Source of the DNA: Deltaproteobacteria bacterium
Lineage (GTDB): Bacteria; Myxococcota; Kuafuiibacteriia; Kuafuiibacteriales; Kuafuiibacteriaceae
Assembly (NCBI GenBank): GCA_040218735.1
Contig: JAVJQW010000018.1
Coordinates: 192,001 to 256,000, forward strand
DNA length: 64,000 nucleotides
Direction of reading: 5' to 3'
Under the pieces are notes generated by a model. That model was not told where the DNA came from. It was given only the letters and a program-made list of their open reading frames with translations, and searched no databases. The translations under genes and the position numbers were made by a program. Each line of letters starts with the position of its first letter. Position 1 is the stretch's first letter. Shown here one piece after another: positions 22,964 through 32,907 of this stretch.

Positions 22964-23830
22964 CTAGGCCGCGAGGCCGTCGAGTGACTCGACGAGGTCG
23001 GCGGGGACGATGCGGTTGCGCTCGTCGCGCTCCAGCGAGGCGAGGGCGTGGTGGGTGTCGTGGGTGAAGAACAGGCGCCCGCCGCGTTCGAGCATCTCTT
23101 CCAGGAGCGTGGTCTTCTCGTCGATGAGCAGCTCCGGGTAGCGGTCGTAGCCCATCGTGATCGCGCGGCGGACCCACGGGACGCCGGGGATGAGGTCGCC
23201 GCAGAACACGACCGGCCCCTGCTCGCCTTCGACGCGGCCGAGGATCATGCCCGGCGTATGACCGTTCGAGATCACGAAGCTGTAGCCGTCGCCGAGGGTC
23301 TCGCTGGTCGTGCCCTCGACGATCTCCAGGCGGCCGGAGTCTTCGAGGAGCTGCGGGAGGTCGTCGATGAAGCTCGCGCGGTCGCGGGCGTGGGGCTTCT
23401 TGGCGCGTGCGTAGGCCTCCGCGCCGACGACGAACTGGGCGTTGGGGAAGAGGAGCCGGTGCGGCGCGCCTTCCTCGTACGCGGCGAGGAGACCGCCGGC
23501 GTGATCGAAGTGCAGGTGGGAGAGCACGACGACGTCGATGTCCTCGTGCGACAGCCCCGCCGCCTCGAGTGAATTCAGTAGAACGTGTTCGTCCTCGACG
23601 ACCCCGAAGCGCTCTTTCAGCTTGGGCTCGAAGAACGCGCCGATGCCCGTCTCGAAGAGGATGTTCCGCGACGGCTCACGCACGAGGAGCGCTCGCGTGA
23701 AGAGGTCGATGCGGTTGAGCTCGTCCGGGGGCGCCCAGTTGGCCCACATCGCGCGCGGCGCGTTGCCGAACATCGCGCCGCCGTCGAGCTTCTGGGAGTT
23801 GCCGAGGACCGAGTACAGACGCCGTTCCAT
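22964..23830 (-). CDS. MBL-fold metallo-hydrolase (YtnP-like)
   Basis: [36 protein letters not shown]. Confidence 0.9.
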   Translation of the reverse strand: MERRLYSVLGNSQKLDGGAMFGNAPRAMWANWAPPDELNRIDLFTRALLVREPSRNILFETGIGAFFEPKLKERFGVVEDEHVLLNSLEAAGLSHEDIDVVVLSHLHFDHAGGLLAAYEEGAPHRLLFPNAQFVVGAEAYARAKKPHARDRASFIDDLPQLLEDSGRLEIVEGTTSETLGDGYSFVISNGHTPGMILGRVEGEQGPVVFCGDLIPGVPWVRRAITMGYDRYPELLIDEKTTLLEEMLERGGRLFFTHDTHHALASLERDERNRIVPADLVESLDGLAA

Positions 23831-23844
23831 CGGGCCGGACTCTA

Positions 23845-25020
23845 TCAGGTGGCGTCGCCGTGCGAAGCGCCGAACGCCTGCAGCGCGCCGCGCGCCGCGG
23901 CGAGGGTCTCCATGCGCTTGCAGAACGCGAACCGCACCAGGCGGCGACCCTCGTCGGGGTTCGCGGGGTAGAACCCGCTGGGCGGGATCGCGGCGACGCC
24001 GTATTCGGTGACGAGGTGCTTCGCGAACGCGATGTCGTCGCCCTCGAACACCGACGAGAAGTCCGCGAGGACGAAGTACGAGCCGCGCGGGTGCGTCGGC
24101 GTCAGACCCATTCCGCGGATCGTGTCGAGCATGTGGTCGCGTCGCTCGGTGTACTCCGCGCGCAGCGTCTCGAAGAACGCGGCGCCGTGGTGCTCGAGCG
24201 CGTAGGCGACCGCGTGTTGAAGCGGCGCGGCGGTCGAGAACGTCACGAACTGGTGCGCGGCTTGCGCGGCCTTCACGAGGTGCGCGGGGCCGGTGCCCCA
24301 GCCGATTTTCCAGCCCGTGAACGAGTAGGTCTTGCCGGTGCTCGACAGCGACAGCGTCCGCTCTTTCATGTCGCCGATGCTCGCCATCGGCACGTGCTCC
24401 GCGTCGTCGTAGGTGAGGTGCTCGTAGACTTCGTCCGTGAGGACGACGACGTCGTGTCGCGCGCAGAGCTCGGCGATCGCTTCCAGCTCGGCGCGGGTGA
24501 ACACCTTGCCGGTCGGGTTGTGCGGGGTGTTGAGGACGAGCAGCTTCGTGCGTTCGTTGAAGGCCGCGGCGAGCGCCTCGAGGTCGAGGGCGAAGTCCGG
24601 GAAGCGGAGCGTCACGTAGCGCGGGACGGCGCCGGCCATCGCGATGCACGCGGGGTAGCTGTCGTAGACGGGCTCGAACAGCACGACTTCGTCGCCGGGG
24701 TTCAGCAGGCCGAGCATCGAGGACATCAGGCCCTCGGTGGCGCCGGAGAAGACGACGACCTCGGTCATCGGGTCGTACGCGAGGCCGTAGAGCGCTTCGC
24801 GTTGGGCGGCGATCGCCTGGACCAACGGCACGACGCCCATCGAGCGTGCGTACTGGTTGTGGCCGGACCGCAGGGCTTCGACGGCCGCGTCGACGATCGA
24901 CGCCGGGCCTTCGAAGTCCGGGAACCCTTGTGACAGGTTGATCGCGTCGTGCTCGATCGCCAGCCGCGTCATCTCGGAGAAGATCGTCGTCCCGAACGGG
25001 CGGAGCTTGTCTGCGACCAT
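23845..25020 (-). CDS. Class I/II PLP aminotransferase (YbdL / methionine aminotransferase-like)
   Basis: [56 protein letters not shown]. Confidence 0.92.
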   Translation of the reverse strand: MVADKLRPFGTTIFSEMTRLAIEHDAINLSQGFPDFEGPASIVDAAVEALRSGHNQYARSMGVVPLVQAIAAQREALYGLAYDPMTEVVVFSGATEGLMSSMLGLLNPGDEVVLFEPVYDSYPACIAMAGAVPRYVTLRFPDFALDLEALAAAFNERTKLLVLNTPHNPTGKVFTRAELEAIAELCARHDVVVLTDEVYEHLTYDDAEHVPMASIGDMKERTLSLSSTGKTYSFTGWKIGWGTGPAHLVKAAQAAHQFVTFSTAAPLQHAVAYALEHHGAAFFETLRAEYTERRDHMLDTIRGMGLTPTHPRGSYFVLADFSSVFEGDDIAFAKHLVTEYGVAAIPPSGFYPANPDEGRRLVRFAFCKRMETLAAARGALQAFGASHGDAT

Positions 25021-25107
25021 CGGCAGGCGACCATAGCCAAACCGTCGGGCGACCACAAAGGTGACGGATTTGCCGGGGAGGCGCCGACTTTGGCATCCTT
25101 GCGGACG

Positions 25108-26373
25108 ATGAAGCGGGTCGCGGTGGTGCTCGGTACGTTCCTCGTGTCTTGCACGTCGGGCACCGCGGAGCCGGACAACTGTGTCTGGATCGGGACGCTC
25201 AACCCGCTGACCGGAGATCTCGGCACGGTCGGCTTCGCGCTCGAGAACGCCGCGCGCCTCGCGGTGCGCGACGTGAACGAAGCGGGGACGATCGGCGGGC
25301 GACAGCTCTGCGTCGCGACGGGGGACACGCGCACCAACCCCGCGCGCGCCGCGGCGGTCGTCGACGCGCTCGTCGAGACGAACGACATCGTCGCGCTCAA
25401 CGGCGCCGCCGCGAGCGCCTCTTCGCTGGAGGCCGCGGTCGCGGCGAAGGATCACGAGATGGGGCAGGTCTCGTGCTGCTCGACTTCGCCCGCGCTCACC
25501 GACGACCCGCTGATCTACCGCACCGTCCCGTCCGACGCGCTCCAGGGCGTCGTGCTCGCGGAGGTCGCCGCGACCCGCGGCGCAAGCACGGTCTCCGTCA
25601 TCTACATCGACGACGCGTACGGCGACCTGCTCCGTCAGCAGTTCCGCCTCGCGTACGACGCGCTCGCGCAGGGCAGCACGATCGTCGCCGAGGTCCCGTA
25701 CCAGAGCGCGCAGACGTCGTACGCCGACGTCATCCAAGAGGCGTTCGCGACCGTCCCCGACCTCGTCGTGTTGATCGCGTTCCCGATCGGTGGCGCGGAG
25801 ATCGTGAAGGCTTGGGACCAGAGCCTGCAGGGTCGTGACACGCAGTGGATCGGCACCGACGGGCTCAAGGACAGCCGCTTCGCACTCCTCGCGGGCAGCG
25901 CGCTCCCGCCGTTCGAGGGCACGGCACCTCGCCAGGACGGTCCCTACGTCGATGGCTTCCGCACGCGTTACCGCGCGGCGTTCGGCGGGGAGGAGCCCGG
26001 CATCTTCACGTCGAACCAGTACGACGCCGTCATGCTCATCGCGCTCGCGATGGCCGCCGCCGGCTCGATGGAACGCGCGGACATCCGCGCGCAGATCCCG
26101 CTGGTGTCGAGGGGCGGCACCCCGGTCAACGCCGATCAGCTCGCGAACGCCCTCGACCGCGCGGCGAACGGCGAAGACATCGACTACGTCGGCGTCAGCG
26201 GCAACGTCGACCTCGACGACAACGGCGACGTCGACGCGGGGTATCAGCTTTGGTCGATCCCCGGCTCCGGCACCGAGGTGACCGAGGTGGATCTGTGCTT
26301 CGAGTGCACCGCGTCGTCGACCGTGGCTGCGGGCGCGACGTGCCGCCGCAACCCCTGCGCGCCCGCGCAGTGA
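25108..26373 (+). CDS. LivJ-like periplasmic-binding-fold lipoprotein with no adjacent permease
   Basis: Lipobox LVSC; [51 protein letters not shown]. Confidence 0.85.
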   Translation: MKRVAVVLGTFLVSCTSGTAEPDNCVWIGTLNPLTGDLGTVGFALENAARLAVRDVNEAGTIGGRQLCVATGDTRTNPARAAAVVDALVETNDIVALNGAAASASSLEAAVAAKDHEMGQVSCCSTSPALTDDPLIYRTVPSDALQGVVLAEVAATRGASTVSVIYIDDAYGDLLRQQFRLAYDALAQGSTIVAEVPYQSAQTSYADVIQEAFATVPDLVVLIAFPIGGAEIVKAWDQSLQGRDTQWIGTDGLKDSRFALLAGSALPPFEGTAPRQDGPYVDGFRTRYRAAFGGEEPGIFTSNQYDAVMLIALAMAAAGSMERADIRAQIPLVSRGGTPVNADQLANALDRAANGEDIDYVGVSGNVDLDDNGDVDAGYQLWSIPGSGTEVTEVDLCFECTASSTVAAGATCRRNPCAPAQ

Positions 26374-28929
26374 CTAACGACAGCGGTGCTGCGTGGGCGG
26401 GGGGGCTCCGCCTTCGGCCCAGATCTTCTCCATCAGGGCGCAGTAGTCCACGCGCATGACCTCGGACGGGTCTTGTTTCGTGGCTTCGGCCCAGGCGCGT
26501 CGGAACGCTTCGTCGTCCTCCATCTCGAGCGCGCCGCGGAGCACGGTTCGGGCGTCGGCGTTCGGGGCGCGCGCACGGGCGAGGGTGGTCGCGACCCACG
26601 CCGCTCGGTAACGCGCGCTGCTCGCGCCGCGCCGCCACGCGAACACGGCAGCGGTCACGAGGAGGAGCGCCGCGATCACCATGACGAACGTCGACCACCG
26701 AGGACCGGTCCGCCGAGCGCTCATCGGCGCGGACTTCCACGCCGACGCGCGGGACCATCGATCCATCAACGCGTCACTCGACAGCTGGAGCGCACCGTCG
26801 CGGGTGGTCGCGAGCAGGTGCGTCGCGACGAGGCGATCGATCATCGAAGCCGCGCCGTCGACGGCTTCGGCGAGCTGCGCCCGGGTGCCCGCGCGGCGAG
26901 TGCCGTCCGCGCCGACGAGCTCGGCGAAGATCCTGCGCGCGACCTCCTGCTCCGCGACGGGCATCGACTGAAACTCCGACTCGGCGTGGCGAACGAGCGC
27001 ACCGCTCGCGCCCTCGAAGCTCACGTAGGCGTCCCGCGACAGCCGGCGCTCCTTGGCGTCGCGACGTGACCACAGCTGCTTCCCGGTCAGCTGCAACAAC
27101 GGCAATGCGATGGGCGACGCCGCGAGCTCCGCGGCGATCGTCTTCGGGAGCTGCGGATCGTCGACCGTGTGATCCGTCGCGTGCAGCGAGCCCTCGACGA
27201 TGCGCAGCAGAGCGTCCTCGTCGGGCTGCGGCAGCATGAAGACACGCCCGCTCGTGTCGGCGAGGCGCGCGAGGTGTTCTTCACGCAGCGTCGAGATGAC
27301 TCGCACCGGACCGAAGCGATCGTCGGTCGCGTCGTGCAGCGCGGCGAGGAAACGGTGTTGCACATCTTCGTCCACGCGCGTGAACAGATCGTCGAGCGGG
27401 TCGACCACCAGCAGCACCCGCGAGCGTCGCTCGTGCGCGAGGCGCGCGAGGTCGACCGCGAGCGGTGCGCGCCCCGGACCGTCGACGAGGAGCCGCGTGG
27501 TGGCTTCGTCGCCGTCGTCGTCCTTGGCCCGCGCGCGATCGATCGCGGCGCTCAGCGCTCGGAACGGGTGCGGCCCGGGTTGCACTTCGATCACCGTCCA
27601 CGCGCCGTTGTCCTCGAGGCGCGGCACGACGCCCGCCCGGACGAACGACGACTTGCCGCAGCCCGGGGGCCCCGCGACGATGATGTGGGTCTCGACGCGG
27701 AGGCGCTCGACCACGCCGTCGACGCTCGTTTCACGTCCGAAGTACAGCGGCGCGTCCGCGCGGTCGAAGGCGCGGGTCCCGATGAACGGGGAGGCCGACG
27801 CGTCGACCTTGTCGAGCCGGAGCCGCAGCAGCGCTTCGAGATCGTCCGCGACGTCCTGCGCCGAGGGCCGACGCGCGGGGTCCTTGGCGAGGCAGCGGTA
27901 GATCAGCGTCGGGAGCCGCGCGGGGAGGGTGCGCGCGTCGTCGATCGTCGGAACGGGCGAGGTGGCGAGCACGTCGCGTCGGAGGCGATCGATGCGGCTG
28001 TCGTCGTCGCCGTACGGGCGGTGCCCCGTGACCATCTCGTAGAGCAACACACCGAGCGACCACACGTCCGCGGAGGCGGTCGTCTCTGCGCCGCGCCACT
28101 GCTCCGGCGCCATGTACGCGGGGGTGCCGCTCATCTGGTTGAGGTTGTCGAGCGGCGCGATGTTCGTCGGTCGTCGTGTCATCAGCCCGGCGCCGTGCTC
28201 GCGCTTCGACACACTTCGGTCGCGGGACACGGCCTGCGCCAGACCGAAGTCGACGACCCGGAGTCGGCCGTCCTCCGCGAGGATCACGTTCTCGGGTTTG
28301 AGGTCGCGGTGGAGGATGCCGTTGTCGTGCGCGACGCTCAGCGCGTTGGCGATCGCGACGCCCGTGCGCAGTGTCGTCCATACACTCGGTCGCTCGACGT
28401 CGAGGCGGTCGCGCAGCGACTCCCCCTCCAGGTACTCGAGCGCGACGTACGGTCGCCCCTGCACCTCACCGACGCCGTACAGCGCGACGATGTGCGGGTG
28501 CGCGAGGTTGGCGGTCGCGCGTGCTTCGAACAGGAAGCGCTCCCGCGCGGAGGGGGACGCGATGTGGCGCGCGAGGATGACCTTGAGCGCGACCTTGCGT
28601 CCGAGCTTCGTGTCGCGCGCGAGGAAGACCTCCCCCATCCCGCCGCGCCCGATCGTTCGGATGATGCGGTACTGATCGACGAGCTCACCCGGCGCGAAGA
28701 TCGCGCCGTCCACGCGCGGGCGGCTCGCGTCCTGGGTGTCGTCGTCGAAGGCGAGCACGGGTTCCTCGTCGTCGATGACGCTGCTCTTCGCGACCTCGGC
28801 GAGGAGCTGTCGACAGGGGCTGCACGCGTCGAGGTGACGGTCCCACTTCTTGAGCGCGTCGTCGGCGAGGCGCCCCCGGACGTAGGCGAGGATCGTCTCT
28901 TCGTCGAGGTGGTCGTCAGCCGGGCTCAT
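26374..28929 (-). CDS. Ser/Thr kinase with N-terminal zf-HC2 (anti-sigma-type) finger, STAND-like NTPase and TM helix
   Basis: HLDACSPC; IGRGGMGEV, HRDLKPEN, DFG, GTPAYMAPE; SPFIG..YFGRE, GPPGCGKSS; TM FVMVIAALLLVTAAVFAW; start overlaps the sigma gene end. Confidence 0.9.
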   Translation of the reverse strand: MSPADDHLDEETILAYVRGRLADDALKKWDRHLDACSPCRQLLAEVAKSSVIDDEEPVLAFDDDTQDASRPRVDGAIFAPGELVDQYRIIRTIGRGGMGEVFLARDTKLGRKVALKVILARHIASPSARERFLFEARATANLAHPHIVALYGVGEVQGRPYVALEYLEGESLRDRLDVERPSVWTTLRTGVAIANALSVAHDNGILHRDLKPENVILAEDGRLRVVDFGLAQAVSRDRSVSKREHGAGLMTRRPTNIAPLDNLNQMSGTPAYMAPEQWRGAETTASADVWSLGVLLYEMVTGHRPYGDDDSRIDRLRRDVLATSPVPTIDDARTLPARLPTLIYRCLAKDPARRPSAQDVADDLEALLRLRLDKVDASASPFIGTRAFDRADAPLYFGRETSVDGVVERLRVETHIIVAGPPGCGKSSFVRAGVVPRLEDNGAWTVIEVQPGPHPFRALSAAIDRARAKDDDGDEATTRLLVDGPGRAPLAVDLARLAHERRSRVLLVVDPLDDLFTRVDEDVQHRFLAALHDATDDRFGPVRVISTLREEHLARLADTSGRVFMLPQPDEDALLRIVEGSLHATDHTVDDPQLPKTIAAELAASPIALPLLQLTGKQLWSRRDAKERRLSRDAYVSFEGASGALVRHAESEFQSMPVAEQEVARRIFAELVGADGTRRAGTRAQLAEAVDGAASMIDRLVATHLLATTRDGALQLSSDALMDRWSRASAWKSAPMSARRTGPRWSTFVMVIAALLLVTAAVFAWRRGASSARYRAAWVATTLARARAPNADARTVLRGALEMEDDEAFRRAWAEATKQDPSEVMRVDYCALMEKIWAEGGAPPPTQHRCR

Positions 28930-29815
28930 CCTCGCCTCCCAGCAGGCCGCCGAGGCTGACGTGGAGCTGGCTGCCGATCAGGCGCATCACGCTGTCGAGC
29001 TCGTTGGCTTCGACCTCGAGGCGTTCGCGGAGATCGTAGCGCGTCTCTTCGAGGAGCGTCTCCCGGATGCGACCGAGCCATCGTGTGATGGTGACGCGGT
29101 GGACGCGGTGCAGGCGCGCGAGCGCGTCGCTGCCGACCTGGTCCACGTAGTAGTGCCTCAGGAGCACGCGGTCGCGGCTCGACAGCCGACCGAGCGCGCT
29201 CTTGAACGCCGCCTGGAACGCTTCGCGGTACTCGGCCTTGAGCTCGTTGAGCAACGGATCGTCCTCGAAGGTCCCGCGGCGGAGGAGGGCGTCCTCGTCC
29301 ACCGGAACCTCGCGGGTGTCGCGCAGCGTCGTCAGCAGGTCGCGCACGGCGGACACCGAGAGCCAGCTCTTGAGCGCGCCGCGGCCGGAGTACTTCGTGA
29401 GCTTCGGAGGGCGGCGTTCGTCACCGAACAGGACGAGGTGACGGAGGCGATCGATCGCCTCCTCCTTCACCACCTTCGGCGCGTCGATCTTCGACAGCGC
29501 GGGGACGACCGAGGGGAGGACGCGCCCGTCCACCGCTTCGAGCGCGGCCGGGTCGCCCTGCATCGCCGCGCACGCGAGGTAGAGGTCCTCGGCGTGGAGT
29601 CCGAGGAGGGCGCGGCGCAGATCGTCTTCCGCGGGGAGGCGCGCGGCGACGTGTGCGACGAACACGTCGTCGTCGAGTGAGAAGTCGGGCCAAGCCTGCT
29701 TGGCGTTGGCGAGGAGCGTCTCGAGCACGACCTCGAGGTCCGCGATCTGGGCCAAGGCGTCTCGTTGGCCGGGCGGGGCGAGCTCGACGAATCGATCGCG
29801 AAGAGGGGCCGACAT
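28916..29815 (-). CDS. Myxococcales-type (gmx1-like) ECF sigma-70 factor
   Basis: AWP..FVAHVA, LHAEDLYLACA..GDPAAL, YSGRGALKSWL, LSSRDRVLLR, VHRVTITRWL, LIGSQLHVSL. Confidence 0.85.
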   Translation of the reverse strand: MSAPLRDRFVELAPPGQRDALAQIADLEVVLETLLANAKQAWPDFSLDDDVFVAHVAARLPAEDDLRRALLGLHAEDLYLACAAMQGDPAALEAVDGRVLPSVVPALSKIDAPKVVKEEAIDRLRHLVLFGDERRPPKLTKYSGRGALKSWLSVSAVRDLLTTLRDTREVPVDEDALLRRGTFEDDPLLNELKAEYREAFQAAFKSALGRLSSRDRVLLRHYYVDQVGSDALARLHRVHRVTITRWLGRIRETLLEETRYDLRERLEVEANELDSVMRLIGSQLHVSLGGLLGGEDEPG

Positions 29816-30060
29816 CGCGCGCGCCGACGGTAACACGGCGGCCGAATGTGCGCGCCGCCACTGCTCGGTCGGCTTCACACTTTTTGTGCATCGACCGACG
29901 CAGCTCGCGTCATCCGGGTGCCGATGCCACGTCGGTCGTCGACGGGGCGTCGCGGTGCAAACCGCGGTCGGCATCGTAAGCCGGGGCACGGGAGCTCGTG
30001 TGCCGGGTGGCGCATGGTGTGCCGCCAGAGCTCCCCGCCCCGGCGTCCGTTCGTGCTGCG

Positions 30061-32817
30061 TCAGTACTCCTGGATGAGCCGGAAGAAGACCCGGCGCCCG
30101 ACGGTCGGGATGTCCCAACCGCGGTAGCCGCCCTCCGCGTGGCGCGCGCCGACGACATCCGTGACGCGCACCGAGAGGACGGTTTCGCCGCTCTCGAACA
30201 CGTAGAGGTCGCGCGTCGAGAGGTTGGCGTCGAGCTCGAAGTACCCCGGGAGGTTTTCGCCGTCGTAGTTCGACAAGCCGAGCGAGAGGACGAGGTTCGA
30301 TCCCGTCGCGCGGCGCGGTCCGACGTAGCGGCCTTCGACATAGAGCCCGAGCTTGAGCGGGAGGTACGCGAAGTCGATCCCGCCGCCCGCCGTGAGCGCG
30401 GGGAACAGCGACTCGTCGCGGAACTCGGCGCGGATGCTCTCCGGCGGATCGAAGAGGGAGTCTTCGACCTCCGTCGCCGTGTCCTGGAAGAGAAAGTACG
30501 CGTGACCGGAGACGTCGAGGTCCCCGACGACCTTCTCGAGCTTGGCCGACGCCTCCAACTCCACGCCGCGCGAGACATAGGTGCCGCCGTTCGCGGTCAC
30601 GGATTGGTTCGCGTAGATCGGGAACGAGAAGATGTAGTCGTCGACGAAGGACAGGTACGCCGTCGCCTGCGCGCGCAAGCCGTCTTTCGCGTAACCCGCG
30701 ACGAGCTCCCCGGTGTGCGCCGTCTGCGGGCGGATGCCGGCGGCGGCGCACGGGTCGTAGTCGAAGCAACCGCGCGCGTCACCGATGTACGCGGAGCCAC
30801 GGTAGAGCTGGTCCGGTGCGGGCGCGCGGTACGAGCTCCCGTACAGCGCCTTGAAGTAGAGGTTGTCGGTCGCGCGCAACACGGCGCCGAGTCGGCCGTT
30901 CAGTGCGGAGGCGTAGATGCTGTGGAAGTCGTAGCGGAGGCCGCCGATCACGTCGAGCCGCTCAAGCGGCTTCGCGAGGAGCTGGAGGTAGAGGCCGACG
31001 TTCGTGAACGTACGTTGCTCGACCGCGGACGTGGAGAGCGGGATCGTCGAGCCGGCTTGGTTCTGCTCGCCGACGTCTTCGTCGAAGACTTGGTGCGTGG
31101 TGGTGAGCTCCTCGATGTCGACGTCGAGGTCCGTCCCCGCGCGCACGCCCATCGAGAGCGTGGGCAGCTCCCACCGCACCTCGAGGCCGGAGAGCACCGC
31201 CTGGCTCTCGAACGATTCGACGAAGTGCCGCGCTTCGTCGGGCCGGAACGCAAACGCGGAGAGGGGTCGGATCTGGTGACCTTCGATCGGGCGCCCCTGC
31301 GAGTACGAGGTGAACGCGCGCAGACCCGTCTGCGCGCTGAGCTGCACGTCGTAACCGAGCCGAGCCCAGACGTTGGAGAGGCGCACCCGCGAGAAGTGCG
31401 TCAGCGCTCCGTAGTCGAGCCACTCCGCGGCGGCGTCGACGCGCTGCCAGCCGCCCATCAACGTGAACGTCCCGCGTCGGCCGAGGTCGTAGCCGACCGT
31501 CGTGAAGAGCGACAGCGGCCGCGACGTGTCGTTCTCGCTGAGCCCACCGTTGAGCGCGGTGAGCTCGTCGCGGAACGGAGAGGTGTCCGGGATGCGCAAC
31601 CCCGAGCGGTCCAGCGCGGACAGCTGCGCCGCGGCGAGGATCGAGAGCCGGCCCTGCTGCGTACCGACGACGAGGTCGAGGCTACCGGAGGTCTTCGGCG
31701 CGGAGCTCCCGTCGAGCGCCTCGGACGAAGTCGAGAACCCGAGGCGCCCCGTGACGGCGCCGCCACCCACGTCGGCGCCCCGGCGCGTGATGATCTGGAG
31801 GACGCCGAGGAACGCGTTTGCGCCGTACAGCGCGGAGCCGGGGCCGCGGATGAGTTCGATGCGATCGATCGCGCGGATGGGGATGAGCTCGAGACCGAGG
31901 AGCGTTCCGTTCGTCGGGCGGAACGTCACGGGGTGTCCGTCGATCAGTACTTTGATCAACCGCGACATCCCGCGCAGGCCGCCGTGGATGCCGCGCACGC
32001 CGACGTCGACGAAGACGTGGTCGTCGATCACGTGCAGACCGGCGATCGCGCGGAGCGCCTCCGGCACGGACTCGTAGCCGCGCGTACGGATCTCCTGCTG
32101 CGTGATCACCCAGACCACCGCCGGGGCGTCCTGCGGCTCGGCGGCCGCGCGCGTCGCCGCGGTGACGACCTCGCGCTCCTGGTACTCCTCGACGGGACGC
32201 AGCTCGTCCGCCGGCTCGATCTTGACGGACGGCGGCGGCAGCGCCGGCGGGGGAGGGGGCGGCGGCGGATCCGGGCGCCGCGGAGCCCCGCGCAAGGCAC
32301 CTTGCAAGCGTTGGCTGATGCCTCGGATCTCGTCGGCGCGTTCCTCGGAGAGCGGCTCCATCGCGTCGGCGAGGGATTCGAGGCGCTCGATGTCCTGTGT
32401 CGCATCGACGTCGAGCGGACGGAGCTCACCCGGCGGCGGCACGTCGATCGGGGGCGGTGGCTCGACGGGTGTCAGGCGGGCTTCGAGCTGAGCGATCTGC
32501 GCTTCGACCTGCTCCGCGTCGGGTGGAGGATCCGACTGGTCGAGGTAACGCTTGAACCACTTCACCGCGCCGGCCGGCCGGTCCGCGCTCAGGTACGCCT
32601 GCGCGAGGTTGTACTGGACGTTGGGGTGCGGGAGCGTCCGATTCGCCTCTTCGAGGAGTCGGATGCCTTCGTCGAAGTCCTTCGCGCGGATGCGGCGCAT
32701 GCCTTCGCGAAAAGCGCGCCGGGCTTTGGTGCGTGCGTCGGCCCAGGCGAGGTCGGGCGCGGTGAGTGACACCGCGGTCACCAAAGCGGCGACGATCGAG
32801 AGCGAGCGCAAACGCAT
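30061..32817 (-). CDS. TonB-dependent receptor with N-terminal TPR domain
   Basis: Signal peptide; ARRAFREG..EEANRTLPHPNVQYNLAQAY..FKRYL (TPR); Pro linkers; VVTAATR, IDRIELIRGPGSALYGANAFLGVLQIIT, YRAP; terminal aromatic residue (QEY). Confidence 0.9.
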   Translation of the reverse strand: MRLRSLSIVAALVTAVSLTAPDLAWADARTKARRAFREGMRRIRAKDFDEGIRLLEEANRTLPHPNVQYNLAQAYLSADRPAGAVKWFKRYLDQSDPPPDAEQVEAQIAQLEARLTPVEPPPPIDVPPPGELRPLDVDATQDIERLESLADAMEPLSEERADEIRGISQRLQGALRGAPRRPDPPPPPPPPALPPPSVKIEPADELRPVEEYQEREVVTAATRAAAEPQDAPAVVWVITQQEIRTRGYESVPEALRAIAGLHVIDDHVFVDVGVRGIHGGLRGMSRLIKVLIDGHPVTFRPTNGTLLGLELIPIRAIDRIELIRGPGSALYGANAFLGVLQIITRRGADVGGGAVTGRLGFSTSSEALDGSSAPKTSGSLDLVVGTQQGRLSILAAAQLSALDRSGLRIPDTSPFRDELTALNGGLSENDTSRPLSLFTTVGYDLGRRGTFTLMGGWQRVDAAAEWLDYGALTHFSRVRLSNVWARLGYDVQLSAQTGLRAFTSYSQGRPIEGHQIRPLSAFAFRPDEARHFVESFESQAVLSGLEVRWELPTLSMGVRAGTDLDVDIEELTTTHQVFDEDVGEQNQAGSTIPLSTSAVEQRTFTNVGLYLQLLAKPLERLDVIGGLRYDFHSIYASALNGRLGAVLRATDNLYFKALYGSSYRAPAPDQLYRGSAYIGDARGCFDYDPCAAAGIRPQTAHTGELVAGYAKDGLRAQATAYLSFVDDYIFSFPIYANQSVTANGGTYVSRGVELEASAKLEKVVGDLDVSGHAYFLFQDTATEVEDSLFDPPESIRAEFRDESLFPALTAGGGIDFAYLPLKLGLYVEGRYVGPRRATGSNLVLSLGLSNYDGENLPGYFELDANLSTRDLYVFESGETVLSVRVTDVVGARHAEGGYRGWDIPTVGRRVFFRLIQEY

Positions 32818-32907
32818 TCGGGCCGGCGGGATTGTCGCATCCTCGCGGCGCGGATCCACTTCTCGGCGCCTTTCGCTCGTGGCTTGAAATCCGACCAACG
32901 CGTCGCG

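Noticed and set aside
25090-25102. TTGGCATCCTTGC resembling a sigma54 -24/-12 promoter
   Set aside because: GG-to-GC spacing is 7 nt, not the required 10.
23831-25737. Apparent extensions or fusions of the MBL hydrolase (to 25096) and aminotransferase (to 25737)
   Set aside because: They overlap real neighbouring genes; family-typical N-termini begin at 23830 and 25020.
29879-29890. TTTTTGTGC resembling the shared ECF motif
   Set aside because: Wrong orientation for the adjacent sigma gene and lacks the spaced GAAA and CGT blocks.
30008-30025. GG-N10-GC matches on both strands upstream of the sigma gene
   Set aside because: Poor -12 element (no TTGC); easily arises by chance in GC-rich DNA.
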